Positions 49,896 through 63,400 of a DNA stretch of 64,000 bases are shown piece after piece (position 1 is the first letter of the stretch; each line of letters opens with the position of its first letter). The stretch lies in NCBI GenBank assembly GCA_036785375.1, contig JAWMAR010000211.1, positions 2,914,001-2,978,000 on the forward strand, given 5' to 3'. The notes below the pieces were generated by a model. It saw only the letters and a program-made list of their open reading frames with translations. It ran no database searches and had not been told where the DNA came from. A program made the translations under genes and the position numbers. Source of the stretch: Leucoraja ocellata (Eukaryota).

Positions 49896-50807
49896 GTCGG
49901 GGCCAGGTGTCACCACCCTGTTGGCCTTCTGCTCAAAGCGAGCTTAGAAAGCATTCATTTCATCAGGGAGGGTTGCACCATCACCGATAATGTTGCCTGA
50001 CCTTGCTTTGCAGCCAGTTATAGTATTCGGACCTTGCGACATTCTCCATGTGTCCGAGTGATCGTACTGGGATTCAGGTCTGACCTGGTATTGTTTCTTG
50101 TCATCCTTGATGGCTTTGAGGAGATCATTGTGGGCCTTCTTGTACTTCTCGGGATCGTTTGACTTGTGTGCAGCGGACGTGGGCCTTGACTGGTGAATGT
50201 ACCTTGCGGTTCATATATTGTTTCCGGTTGGGGAACACTCGGATTGACTTTGTCGGACCACAGCCTTCCACGCACTTGCTGATGAAGACAGTCGCGGCAG
50301 TGGTGTAATCATTCTGGTTAGCTGCGGAATCCCTGAATATGAACCAGTCCACTGGCTCGAAGCAGTTGCGTAAGATGTCATTCATGTCCGTTGACCAGCA
50401 TTTCACAACTCTCTGTACCAGATCCTCCTGGTTCAATTATTGTTTGTAGGCAGGAAGTCTCGGCATTCCAATGATATGTTGTGACAGATGAATCGCCACC
50501 TATTCTCTGCCCCAGTATAATATAGTGACAGACCAGTGCCGGCCTGCATTGTACTCCTGTGTTGCACTGTTACAGACAGTCCACCATTCTGTGGCAGTTC
50601 ACTGGTCCACCAGTGCAGTAATCGAGAGATATACTATGGGTAGACAAAAATGCTGGAGAAACTCAGCGGGTGAGGCAAGATCCTTCGATTTTTCCAGCAA
50701 ATGCAGTTCATTCTTAAACAGAGATGTACCGTGATTATTTTGTGTCCAGTATTTTGGTGCTGTACAATGACAGACATTAGATGTATCCCGAGGACATGTC
50801 CCAGATC

Positions 50808-51290
50808 TAGAAACATAGAAAATAGGTAGAGGAGTAGGCCATTAGGCCCTTCGAGCCAGCACCACCATTCAATATGATCATGGCTGATCATCCAAAATCA
50901 GTACCCCGTTCCTGCTTTCTCCCCATATCCACTGATTTCATTAGCCCTAAGAGCTATATTTAACTATCTCTTGAAAACATACAGTCAATTGGCCTCCACT
51001 GCCTTCTGTGGCAGATAATTCCACAGATTCACAACTCTCTGGGTGAAAAAGTTTATCCTCATCTCGGTTCTAAATGGCCTACCCCTTATTCTTAAACTGT
51101 GACTCCCTGGTTCTGGAATCCTCCAACATGGGGAACATTTTTCCTGCATCTAGCCTCTCCAATCCCATAAGAATTTTAAATGTTTCTATAAGATCCCCTC
51201 TCATCTAAATTGCAATGAATATACTGTCAATATATATCAGTTCCGCCATCCCGGGAATTAACCTGGTGAACCTACGCTGCACTGCCTCCC
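50808..51290 (-). mobile_element. CR1 LINE 3' end
   Basis: agaaacatagaaaatagg tail and CR1 3' consensus. Confidence 0.85.
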
Positions 51291-51299
51291 TGGATTTGG

Positions 51300-51625
51300 C
51301 TGGACCTCAAGAAAATCGGCATTGTGAGGGCCCAAGGGACTCAATCCCAACATTGTGTGGGCCCAGGAAACCCAGACCTGGCATCAGATCACCCCTAAAA
51401 CCCAGTCTCAATGTTGTGTAGGACCTGGGGATTCATTTTCAATATTGGGTGGGCCTTAGGCACAAATTCAACATTGGGTGGGCTTTGGACTCCCAGTACC
51501 AGTATAGATAGGGCCTCGAGGACATGGACCCAACATTGGGTGTGAGCTGGGGAGCCAGTATGAATGTTGACCAGGGTCCAGCAATCCCAGCCAGGCAACC
51601 TGTCCAAATATTGGATGAGTCCTAG
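51300..51625. repeat. Degenerate tandem repeat of about 30 bp
   Basis: Recurring caacattgggtgggcc...gga near 51348, 51409, 51440, 51469 and 51531. Confidence 0.5.
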
Positions 51626-52300
51626 GTCTGAAGAAAGGTCTTGACCCGAAATGTCACCCATTCCTTCTCTCCAGAGATGCTGCCTGTCCCGCTGAGTTAC
51701 TCCAGCATTTTGTGTCTACCGATTTAAACCAGCATCTGCAGTTCTTTCCTACACAATGACTCTGAACTGCATCTGCCACAGTGACTCAAGCTCAGCTTGG
51801 GATTGGCACCTGGAACTCAGTCCTGATATCCGTTAGGCTCGGGAGTCTAATCGCAGCATAGTGAGGTAGTGGGGGACTGTGCAGAGGCAAATACTTCCCA
51901 TGATCTTTGAGCTGCTGTTCCCATCAAGCTCCTCCTATTCATCCCCTGGCAAGGGGCTTGGGGCGAACTAAATGACCATGGCACTGTGATCGCCTTGTGA
52001 ATTCCAAGTTCCATGGCTTCTTTTGCTTTGATGGGAAAATCACTTTACTGTATCAGTGTACTACTGGATGTCCACCTTTCCTTTGCCTATCTCAATTATC
52101 CATTCTACTGAAGACAGACCCAACATTTTGTAGTAACTCAGCGGGACAGCCAGCATCTCTGGAGAGAAGGGATGGGTGACATTTCTGAATTAGGGCCTCA
52201 ACCCAAATTTTACCCACTCCTTCTCTCCAATGATGCTGCCGGTCCCACTGGGTTACTCCAGCATTTTGTCTATATTTTTGGTGTAAACCAGCATCTGCTG
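51626..52300. mobile_element. Penelope-like pLTR (51626-51755) and inverted pair (about 52115-52300)
   Basis: Matches the Penelope consensus seen elsewhere in the window. Confidence 0.72.
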
Positions 52301-52334
52301 TTCAAAGTCATTGTTTACAAGGACAAGAGCACTT

Positions 52335-54939
52335 TTTTTTGGGGGGGGGATTTTTTAAAATCAAAAAATGTATTCAATGATTTAAAAAATAATATTTACA
52401 CCACAATAAAACAAGCCAGAGCCCACCACCATAATACAATACAAACATATATCCATAGTAAACTATTGTACAATGATGATACAATCCTTATTGAGGATAC
52501 ATTCTACATCCTGCGGAGCCCAGCGGTCCCGGAACTCCCTCAGGGTGCCCACAGGCAGGGCGTATTCCCTTTCTAATCCCACCCGGGCACAGACGTAACC
52601 CTGGAAAAGGGGCAGGCAGCTGGCCCGGGTAGAGCCCTCTACCGCCTGGCGCCGTGACTCGCGGATGGCCAGCTTGGCCAGGCCCAGGAGCAACCCAACC
52701 AGGACATCTTCAGCCCTACCCTCTCCCCTACGCACAGGGTGTCCAAAGATGAGGATGGTGGGTGAAAAATGCAGCCAGAAGGCAAGGAGCAGCCCCTTTA
52801 GGTATTGAAACAGTGGCTGCAGCCTCACACACTCCATGTACACGTGATACACAGACTCTTCCAGCCCGCAAACATGGCAGACGGCTGGCGAGTCTGTGAA
52901 CCGTGAGAGAAACAGGTTGCAGGGAACACCTCGGTGCAATACCCTCCACCCCAGGTCCCCAATGTAGAGGGGAGAATCCCTGTGTAGAGGGACCACCACT
53001 GGGGACCCCCCTCGCGACTGGAAGGCAACACCGACCGCCACTTGGTGTCCGGACGGTGGACCAGGGCGAGGAAATGCAGGGTTTGGAGGAGGAGCCCGTA
53101 CAGGACACGCCTCCCTGCGTCTCGGAGGGAGGTGAAGGGTGTCGAGGAAAGGCGGCTCAAATTGTGTGGGACCGGCTCCCGGGATGGATTACGGTGCCTG
53201 GGTCCGATGAGTACTTCCGGCTGAGTGGGGGCTTGCTCAACCACAAGTACTCCACACGTTTGAGCCCCCCCGACACCCAGTGGCGCAGGACAAGGACCGG
53301 CTGCTCTCACGCCCGGGCCGTCACCCTCCGCCGATGGAGGTGGGGCCCGGTCAACATCAACCAGACTCTGAACAAGTCCCTGTAGAAGCCGGGCATCCCC
53401 ATCAGTACCACATGGCTGACGCCCACCATCGGGATCCGCGTACCTCCTTGAAGGCAGCGGCTCCGTTGGAAAAAGTGCGTCGCCAGCATGTGCCACCTGG
53501 GAGGATGCCCTGAGTACAGGTATCTCTGCACGGTCCTGAGGCGGAGAGCCGCCAACTTGGTGCGAATGCACACCAGCGACTGACTGCCCTCCTCGATCGG
53601 GAGACTCGGGACCGCTGTAGATACCCAGTGCTTTCCGTTGACCCAGAAGAAGTCCACCAACTTCTTCTGGATGATCCCAGCAAAGGTGGCTGATGGGACC
53701 AATGTGGTCAATCTGTACCAGAGCATGGAGGCCACGAGTTGGTTAATGACCAACACCCTGCCCCGGTAGGAAAGCACTCTGAGGAGACCCGCCCAGCGTC
53801 CCAGCCGGGTGACGACTTTCACCTCCAGCTCCTGCCAGTTCGCCAGCCAGGCCTCCGCACCGGGACTCGGGTAGACTCCCAGGTAGAGGAGGTGCGTGGT
53901 ACTCCATGTGAAAGACCTCATCGCCTCCGGGAGGGAGTCCACCTGCCAGGGACCCACCAAGAGTCCAGAACATTTCCCCCAGTTGATCCTGGCAGAGGAG
54001 GCGGCCGAGAAGACTCGTTGGCACTCACGCATCCTCTGCAGGTCGACGGGGTCGGTGACCATGAGGAGCACGTCATCGGCATAGATCGAGAGGACCACCT
54101 CCATGTCCGGCTCGCGTAAAACCATGCCCGTCAACCTCCTCCGAAGCAGACTAAGGAATGTCTCCACGCAGATGGCGTATAGTTGGCCAGACATGGGGCA
54201 TCCCTGACGTACTCCTCTGTGGAAGGGAATGGGGGCCGTCAAGGATCCATTGAATTTCACGAGGCACTCTGCGGTGGCGTATAAAAGTTGGATCCGGGAC
54301 ACAAAGTGCGATCCGAACCCAAACGCCCGCAGAGTCCTCAACAGACACTCGTGATCCACCCTGTCAAAAGCCTTCTCCTGGTCGAGGGAGAGAAAGGCAG
54401 TGGGTACACCGGTCTCCTGAGCCAGGTAGACCAGGTCCCGGACCAGATGGATATTGGCCTGGATGGACCGGCCTGGGACCGTGTAAGACTAGTCGGGGTG
54501 GATCACTTGAGCCAGCATTGGGCCCAGGCAGTTTGCCATTGTCTTGGCAAAGACCTTGTCATCGGTACAGAGGAGGGAGACTGGGCGCCAGTTTTTTAGA
54601 CGGCGGAGATCGCCCTTCTTGGGCGGAAGGACCACGACAGCCCTTCGCCAAGACAGGGGTATCTCTCCGGTCGCCAGGCTCTCCCTCAGTACCATGGTGT
54701 AGTCCTCCCCGAGGATCCCCCAGAAACTGCGGAGCAACTCTGCTGTCAGTCCATCCAGGCCAGGGGATTTGCCCAGTTCATCCAGTGTCAGGGGGGCATC
54801 CAGATGCTCGGCACCCTCCGGGTCGACCGTGGCTAGACCTTCTGCACTCGTCCCCGCCGGAGCTATCTGGTGAGAACAAGGTCCCATAAAAGGAACGAAC
54901 TGCTGCGTTAATGTCCTCTGGTTCAGTGACGGAGGAGTC
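52335..54939 (-). mobile_element. Tx1/L1-clade LINE, 5'-truncated ORF2, with a 15-bp TSD
   Basis: Peptides KSPGLDGL, WRPVSLLCTD, RGVRQGCPMSG, YADDV, C..CG..ESVYHVYMEC. aggacaagagcactt at 52320-52334 and 54940-54954. Confidence 0.93.
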
Positions 54940-57900
54940 AGGACAAGAGCACTTGGTGGGTGATGCTATAACACTCATTCGATTGTCAAAATTGATGGGT
55001 TAGTAATCAATAGACTATAGACAATAGGTGCAAGTAGGCCATTTGGCCCTTCGATGTGATCATGGCTAATCATCCTCAATCAGTACCCCGTTCCTGCCTT
55101 CTCCCCATATCCCCTGACTCCGCTATCTTTAAGAGCCCTATCGACCACATACTGTATGAATAGGGTGGTGGTTTGCCATGTTCGTTCACCTGCATATACA
55201 CATCGCCATGTTAAACCAGACCATTGATAGTACATTAAGTGCTGGAGCAACTTGGTGGGTCAGGCACCAACTCTGGAGGACTGATACTGTAGGTGATGTT
55301 TTGGGCATGCACCTTCTTCAGTCTAAAAAAACGTTACTGACCGAAACCTTTACCTATCCATGTTCTCGAGAGAAGCTGCCTGAACTTCTGAGTTACTCCA
55401 GCACATTGTGTTTTTATTGTGTGCAAACCGCGACTGCCATTCCTTCTGTCTCAACTGATAGTACATTTCTGAAACTTGCCGGGAAAGCGCATTAGTAAAC
55501 TGGGTTCTTCAATGCGTTTCGGCCCGAAATGTTGCCTAATTTTTTCATTCCCTGCTGCACCCGCTGAATTTCTCCAGCATTTTTGTCTACCCTGTGTTCT
55601 TCAATAAACCTGTTCCCAGCTTATGATTTACCATTCCCCTTTAACAAGTTGAATATGTGTTTAAATGTACGAATAATCAAACAACCTATCATTTATTGAC
55701 TGCCATTCACACTCAGTGTGTACCAAAATACATTAAGAAATTATGCATTTCTGAATCTGATTTACTGGTGGAATGTAGAAACTACAGCAGCCAATTTACA
55801 GACTTCAAGTGCCCATAATTAACAGCTCATCCAAAAGATGAATGCAAACCCACAGTGCAGCACCAGAGTGTCAGCACATATCCTGCGCCTTTTGCTGGAG
55901 TGGGACGTCGATCATCATTTTTCTTCAGTCAGATGGGAAAATCGGACCCCAATGAGCCATGGCTGAAACTAAAGCGTTGCCAAATATGGAAATAAAGTGA
56001 CTTTGGGACATTATGTTGTGCTGGTGGAGATTTTCCAGTGTCTGCACTCAGGCAGGAGAGAATGCTGATCAAAATGCGTGAAGCATGTTTGTATGATTGT
56101 TCAGGAATTAGGGAAGAAAGACAAGATTCTGAGCAGCATGTTTCGGCAGAATCCGAATATCTCCAAGGTGGGACATACGGGTAATTAGTATTCTGAGGAA
56201 ATATCATCAACATAATTTAATCTAGCGGTAAAATGAGAAGAAACAGCAATTTGTGGTGTCTCTGGTTATTCATGCAATGTTTTGCAAAAACATAACAGAT
56301 GCTGGAGACAATAATCTACCTGTCTGAACATGGACACACAATTGCTGGAGTAACTCCCTGTCTAACTCCCTTTAATTATTAACTATTACAAGTAAGTAGA
56401 TTTGTTTGAATGATATTCCCAGTTGACATTAAGCATTGCAACACCAGACCCATGCCTGATTCACTTTAAACATCCCAGATATGTACAGTTTAAGGAAAAC
56501 TAGTTTTCAAAATATCAAAAATTGCAAGAATGGACATTCATAATGGAAGGGAAATGTAAAATTCATTATTATTCCAAAAGCAATTCTAATTACAAAATTG
56601 TTGGTTGAAACGTCTTTTTATTTTATCATGGAAATAAACATAACTCCTATGAATGTCAACAAACATCACAAACCACATTTGCATCCCATTAGAATGCAAA
56701 AGGATGCCTTCAGTGGGAAACTGAAAATCCATAATAACTCTGCCAGACTATCTGTATGAGGTCCACATGGGTTTCCTTTTTAATTAGAAGATACTATGAA
56801 ATTGTTTGGCTTCAGTCATAATCAAGAAATGATTACAACAGTTTCAACATATACGAGTACAGAAATACTACCATAATATGCTTCCACAATGACAACCTTA
56901 ATGAAAAGATAAATGTCAGTAATTGGCAATCTATCTAACATGCAAATGTCAAGTGTCAACCAAAGTTCTGCAATTAACAATAGAAAACAGTGCCAAAGAC
57001 TTAGCAGATCAGACAGCATTTGTGGAGAGAGAAGGAATGGTTCAGGTCTTTCGAAAGTTGATCAGAACTGGGAACTGTTGGAGCTGCAGAGTATTGCTTT
57101 TATTTTGATTTCTATCATCTGTAGTATTTTACTTCTGGTTTGAAACAACTTGTAAGACTTAAGAATGGTCATAAAACAGCTTTTTATAATTTTTGAATAT
57201 CGAAACTTTACAACAGAAAAATGATACCTAATTATACAAAGGTATTTAAAAACAAACTTTGATAAACCTGCATACCAAACACCCTTGCTCCTGTTCTGCA
57301 TATTTATGCCAACAAATACCTACTGAGCTTGGGTAGATTTTCAACACAAAATGCTAGAGTAGCTCAGGCAGCATCTCTGGAGAGAAAGAATGGGTGACGT
57401 TTTGAGTCTGCATGGGTAGATTTTAACGGTTATAGATCATTAGGTATATTGCGATCAGCATGTTTGTGCAGGATGCCAAAATAAAATTAATCGATCCAGC
57501 AAGAGTGAATAATTATGGTGGGAAACTTTTGCCACCATTGAAGATAATCTGGACAATTTGTGACAGCGATAGAATGTCATATAAAATACAGTGTCATATA
57601 TTGAAGATGTTTATCTGCTGACATTTAATATGCAAGGACATCAATCTTAAAGTAAGCCAGACATTTCAGTTCTTCCAGAAAACATATTCAATATTTATTG
57701 AAGAGTCATATGGCAGCAAAAAATGGAATTAATGAATGTAACTAGTTATCATAATATGCAAAAGTCATGAGCAGGACTACATAGCCTAGCATCATAGACA
57801 TCAGGATCAAATAGAATCTCTAGTAATTGCTATCTTTCTGGTTCTGTGAAAGAGACAACAGGGAATATGTTATGCTTTGCTGTCAAATCTGCAAGCAGGG

Positions 57901-58285
57901 CTGTAACTACAATTCCACTTTTGCCGCAAAAATGTGTTTGCTGTGTAAAAAAAATCCTGAGTTGCATATTGTGAAAGCACGTAATGAGGTCTAAAAATAC
58001 CTCATGGCAGTGTGGTGTTACAGAAGGAAAGTCGGTCGGATTTAAGGTTAAACCCAAGAATCTCTCGTAAGCAGCAGTTATGATCTCAGTGTTGCTGCCA
58101 GGGAAAGTGGCAGCAACACAGAGTACAGCCTCATAAGAAAGGAGAGACGGTCGGTCTAGTCTGAGAGCAATTTTATGGAGGTCGAGAGTTTATAATCCTG
58201 CTGGGATTTCAGTTGGAGGAAGACTTCTAGTTAGCAAAGGAGAAAGAGAGAAAAATGCTTTAAAAATATGAATGCTTATAAAACT

Positions 58286-58880
58286 AAGTTTAGTTTAGAG
58301 ATACAGTGTGGAAACAGGCCCTTCGGCCCACCGAGTCCGCACCGACCGCGATCCCCGCACATTAACACTACCCTACGTGCATTGGGGACAATTTACACTT
58401 ATACCAGGCCAATTAACCTACAAACCTGCACATCTTTGGAGGAAATCGAAGATAGAAACATAGAAACATAGAAATTAGGTGCAGGAGTAGAACATTCGGC
58501 CCTTCGAGCCTGCACCGCCATTCAATATGATCATGGCTGATCATCCAACTCAGTATCCCGTACCTGCCTTCTCTCCATACCCCCTGATCCCCTTAGCCAC
58601 AAGGGCCACATCTAACTCCCTCTTAAATATAGCCAATGAACTGGCCTCAACTACCCTCTGTGGCAGAGAGTTCCAGAGATTCACCACTCTCTGTGTGAAA
58701 AAAGTTCTTCTCATCTTGGTTTTAAAGGATTTCCCCCTTATTCTTAAGGTCCCGGGGAAAACCCACAAAGGTCGCAGGGAGGACGTATAAACTCTGTACA
58801 GACAGCACCCGTGGTCAGGATTGAACCCGTGTCTCTGGCGCCGTAAGGCAGTAGCTCTACTGCGACACCACCATACCGCC
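58286..58880 (-). mobile_element. HE1-like SINE interrupted by a CR1 3' end (about 58452-58748)
   Basis: SINE halves flank a CR1 piece carrying an (atagaaac)n tail. Confidence 0.82.
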
Positions 58881-59679
58881 CCAATCACTGTTATCAAAAT
58901 ACTTACTAACGATATGTTATAACAACTAGTTTTTCTTGTACACAACAGAAATATTCCTAATAGGGAATATTTAGTTTGTAAGGTAATATTTAGATGAACA
59001 AATAATAATACTGTTAAGCAAGCCAAATGCTTACTGAAGGCATTTGGAAAGTAAATGCCAGACAAATATGCCAGGTCTATTTAAATGTTCATAGACTTTT
59101 GCATTTTAATTACTTCTGAGAGCAATTTCATCCACACAATTGGATTTCAGTTTGATTCATAAAAAGTAAACGATGTACTGACCAGAAATGAAACCATTTG
59201 ACCTTTAGTAAGTCAAAACTAACTTCCAATGATTGGAATAGAAAAAAAACATGAAAAGATTCTATTAAGATTGAAAGCCTTTTCAGAGAACATAACATGA
59301 TGTTATGCGGAAAGAATTTTAAATATTTTAAAGGCAAGTTGTTGATAAAATATTTACCAAAACTGAACTTTGGAACTGTTGGAAAAGAAATTGCTGCAGA
59401 CAAGGAAGTAGTTTAATAATTTCAAAGGTTTGATAACGATAACAGTGATTCATAATAAATCACTGCAAAGCAGGGGCTAAATTGGAACTGCACCTTCAGA
59501 CTATTTAAAGAAAGCATTTTTTTTTTTTTCTGACCACGCTGAGTTGCAACTGTTCATTATTTTGACCCCACCTTCATCCGACAGCCTTTTTCTAAACAGG
59601 CTCTAATCTAACGTTTAAAATTGCTTCCATTACAAGAGTCCTTACTGGGAACCAAACACTGGTATAGCAACTGAAATTG

Positions 59680-59960
59680 GCAAACACAGGCCCTTTGGGC
59701 CAACTTGCCCACACTGGCCAACATGTCCCAGCTATGCTAGTCCTGCCTGCATTTGGTCCATATCCCTCCAAACCTGTCCTATCCATGTACTTGTCTAATT
59801 GTTTTTTAAACATTGGGATAGTCTCAGCCTCCTATCTCCTCTGGCAGCTTGTTCCATACACCCACCACCACTTTGTGCAAAAAATCTACCCCTCAGATTC
59901 TTATTAACTCTTTTCCCCTTTACCTTAAACCCATGTCTTCTGGTCTTCGATTCACCTAAA
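59680..59960 (-). mobile_element. CR1 3' end
   Basis: FKKQLDKYMDRTGLEGYGPNAG peptide. Confidence 0.8.
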
Positions 59961-60455
59961 TTCAAGTTCATAGAGTTATACCTGCAAAAACCAGCCACAC
60001 AACACCACTCGTACAGTCTCCATAGCCTGTTATGCCTTGGCAATTCAATTGCTCATTCAGATTATCTTGTCTTGAAGATAAACACAAAATGTAGCGTGAC
60101 TCAGCGGGACAGGCGGCATAGAATGAATGGGTGACGTTTCTGGTCGAAACACTTCCTCAGTGTTGGTTCATAACTTCACCAAGCCCTCAGGCAAAGCGGC
60201 TCAGATTGCAAGCACCCTCTCGATTAATGAGAAATCTTCTGCAGTTCCCCTCCAAACTGCTAATTCCTCACTAATGCCTTCTGGTTTTAGATACCAAAAC
60301 CATGAGGAACAGCCTCTCACTATCTTACCTTTGGGCCACAGAGTCCTACCTTAATCAGAGGAACATGACATGTCATCTCGTGCTGATTTGGTAGCACTCC
60401 AGCTTCTCAATCAGGAGATTGTGTTGAAGTGCCCACTCTGGACACTAGCCACAAA

Positions 60456-63400
60456 AATAGTAAAATTCAATGAGAACTTACCAGTTTGAAGTTTGATCTG
60501 TATTTTATGAGACATTACGATGAGGGATTACGTGAAGAACCCGTCCAGCACACATGTGCGGCATTCTTCAAAGCAGCAGTGTGGAATCATAGAAACACAC
60601 ACTAATTGAAATAAACATAGTAAAGACAAGGAGAACTAAGTTATCAGTTGATCTCTATAATTGAGGGTGGGAGCGGAGGGCACGTAATCCCTCATCGTAA
60701 GTCCTCATAAAATACAGATCAAACTTCAAACTGGTAAGTTCTCGTTTAATCTTACTATTTTACTTCGGAGTCACGTGAGTGACTACGTGAAGATTTTAAA
60801 GCTCTGTGATTTCAAACCATGTAACAGTTCATACTTCACTCGCTGCTGAAGTCATTCGAGGAAGGAAATATGTTATCGTAATCAACCATGAATCTGTTTG
60901 TAAAACAATAATGGTGGTATTAACAATAACAAGACCAAAATGCTCCCCCGGGCTTAAATTATATATTTTTGCAGATTCTAAAACTTTTTCTGCAAACGAT
61001 ACAGGTTCTGCCAGCGGCTTGTTATAAAAGTTTGGAATGTATACTCCCTAGACCACCCCGCTGTAGCCAGGATGTGGTCCATAGGCACGTCCATCCTCTT
61101 AGTCACCGATGTGGATGCTGCCCTGGTGGAGTAAGATTTATACACGTTAGTATTTACTCCAGCAACTCCCAGTACCTGCTTGAGCCACTAGAGATAGTTT
61201 GGCTCATCACCCGGCCATGAGGTTTCTTGTGGCTGACCCATAAGGCTTTTTCTCTCCCTCGGGGATTTCTTATTGTGTCGATGTAGTTCAATAAGTGAGT
61301 CATGACACATAACCGTGGTTCAGGTGGGTATGCCCGGAATTCCATGACTGGACCTGATGTTCCTGGTCTGCTCTGTTTGACCAGCCCCTGAATGGTAAAT
61401 GTGACATGGTCTGGTGTTATAACCATATTGTCCAATTGTAGTAGATGGAGGAACTCGATTCTTTGTGCTGAGATAAGGCCATCAGCATGACCGTCTTCAG
61501 GGTAGGCTGGCTGTTCCAGGGTGAGGGACCTGGCTGGTGACCATCCCCTAAGGTATGTCAGGACCACACTGACATCCCAGATTTGGGTGTCTGGGGAATT
61601 AGAGTTGAATATGCCTCTCCTGAATTTGATCACCAGTAGGTGGTACCCTATGGCCTGTTGTCCTGGTGCCTGAGTTAAGTAGGCTGACAGAGCACTTCTG
61701 GCTGTATTGATGGCGCAGTAGCTGAGTCCTTCATTGTGGTGAAGACCTGCCAGGAACTCCAGTACAGGTTTTGTTGTAGTTGAATATGTAATTCCTGTAT
61801 TTGAAAAAGTATCTTCCCACTTCTTGATGTTCGCCAAGTATGTTCCCTAGTGGATATGCGATGGGATGCTGTCATCGTGTCGATAGTGCTGTTTGACAAT
61901 CCAGGCCCAGCAGTGGTCTTCCCAATTCTGCAACCCAGGCCCAGCAGTGGTCTTTTCAAATCTGCAACCCAGTAGTTTAATTTATCGTGGCATGGGTGGC
62001 TTATGCCTGAAACTGGGTGAGTTGATAAGTCTGGGCTGCTGGGAAAATCATTAGGGTTTTGATGACCATGTCGAGGACCATGACTGTGGGTTTAGTCGGG
62101 TACTATCAAAATACTTGAAGCAGAGTCCATCTGTATTTTGTGTAGTACCCGACTGATGAGGCCGTAGTACCTGACTGATGAGGTAGAAAAGGGGAGAACA
62201 TAGAGATTAGATCCTCCCCCCAGTTCAGCGGGAATGTATTCATTGCCACTGCCTCAAAGTTTGGTTTCATGCGACATACATCAGTACGTGGTGATTTAAT
62301 TGAAGGAAATCGATATCTGGTGTTCCATATTGCTTTGTAATTTCAGCAAATACTTCAGTCTGAAGAAGGGTTTCTGCCCGAAACGTCACCTATTTCCTTC
62401 GCTCCATAGATGCTGCTGCACCCGCTGAGTTTCTCCAGCATTTTTGTGTACCTTTGGTTTAATATGTCTGTTTACAGTATTTAGCTCACCTGGTAGGTAA
62501 GTTACTGATGGTCAAATATGTTTGACGACATACGGTTACCAATTGTTAAATAAATTGTCACATGATATCGATTTTATTCCGCCCAAGTGGTTTGGTATAT
62601 GTCACTACTGTGATGTTGTTAATTTATAAATGAACATGCAAAATGGTGCACTACTGAACAATATGTTTTTGCCAATAGGACGTACTCAATATTTCCAACT
62701 AGGTTTTATGCCCAGTGTCTATAGTGATGACCACTCCAGATTAGTCCATTTGCCACCATGTTCTGGGTATGGGTTATTTTGTTTAAACACTAGCACCTTA
62801 GCTCTAATGGAAAGGTTCAAGTTAAGTAGCTGGTAATGCTGCTACTAATTCCCAATTACTCTTGCCACTTTGTTGAATGGTCGGTTGATTGTTACCATTA
62901 ATTGTTACAGGTTGTGCCATACGCTGACTCTCCTTATGGCAATGTTATAGATGAGTGGGTAGAGTTAATTGAATACCAGATAGTCAATAGTTGTGGATGG
63001 TGTCAACGTTGATTTATCTGGATAGTATGACAGAGCCCAGGCTAAATAAGTTTTAGTAGCTAATGCTGCTGATTTAGCTATTTCTGTGGATTTGTCTGTC
63101 GTTAATATCATAGAGACATGCCATGACGATATGTTCCTTAATAGTGTCAGGGCTAGTTTGAATATCTGGAAACAGTTTTGGCTCATATTAGCCATTGTCA
63201 ATAATTTATACTGCCATAGTTACCCCATCCAGGTAAATTGTGGTATCTCTGAAAATCTTTTATGAATGGCTACTGAATAGTATGCATCTTTTAAGTCGAT
63301 GTCTACCATAAAGTATCCTAGGAAATCCATGGTTAGCAGTTACAAGTTTCCATAAAATGTGTATACCTGGTGAAAATACTCAAGTGGTTAAGTCAATGAT

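Larger units (their letters stand above)
46456..50460 (-). mobile_element. Rex1/Babar LINE RT region, interrupted by a DNA transposon (47507-48776) and a CR1 (48936-49895)
   Basis: In order: CFEPVDWFIF...IRVFPNRK; GCVLSSCTDQLVGVLADIFN joined across the insertion to [23 protein letters not shown]...KCFERLV...DPLQF...DYSSAFNTI. Confidence 0.85.

Noticed and set aside
52728-54889. Many alternative-frame and antisense ORFs
   Set aside because: By-products of the GC-rich Tx1 ORF2.
56061-56170. Open, splice-flanked-looking stretch considered as the next DNTT exon
   Set aside because: No GK..GHDVD motif or other Pol X similarity.
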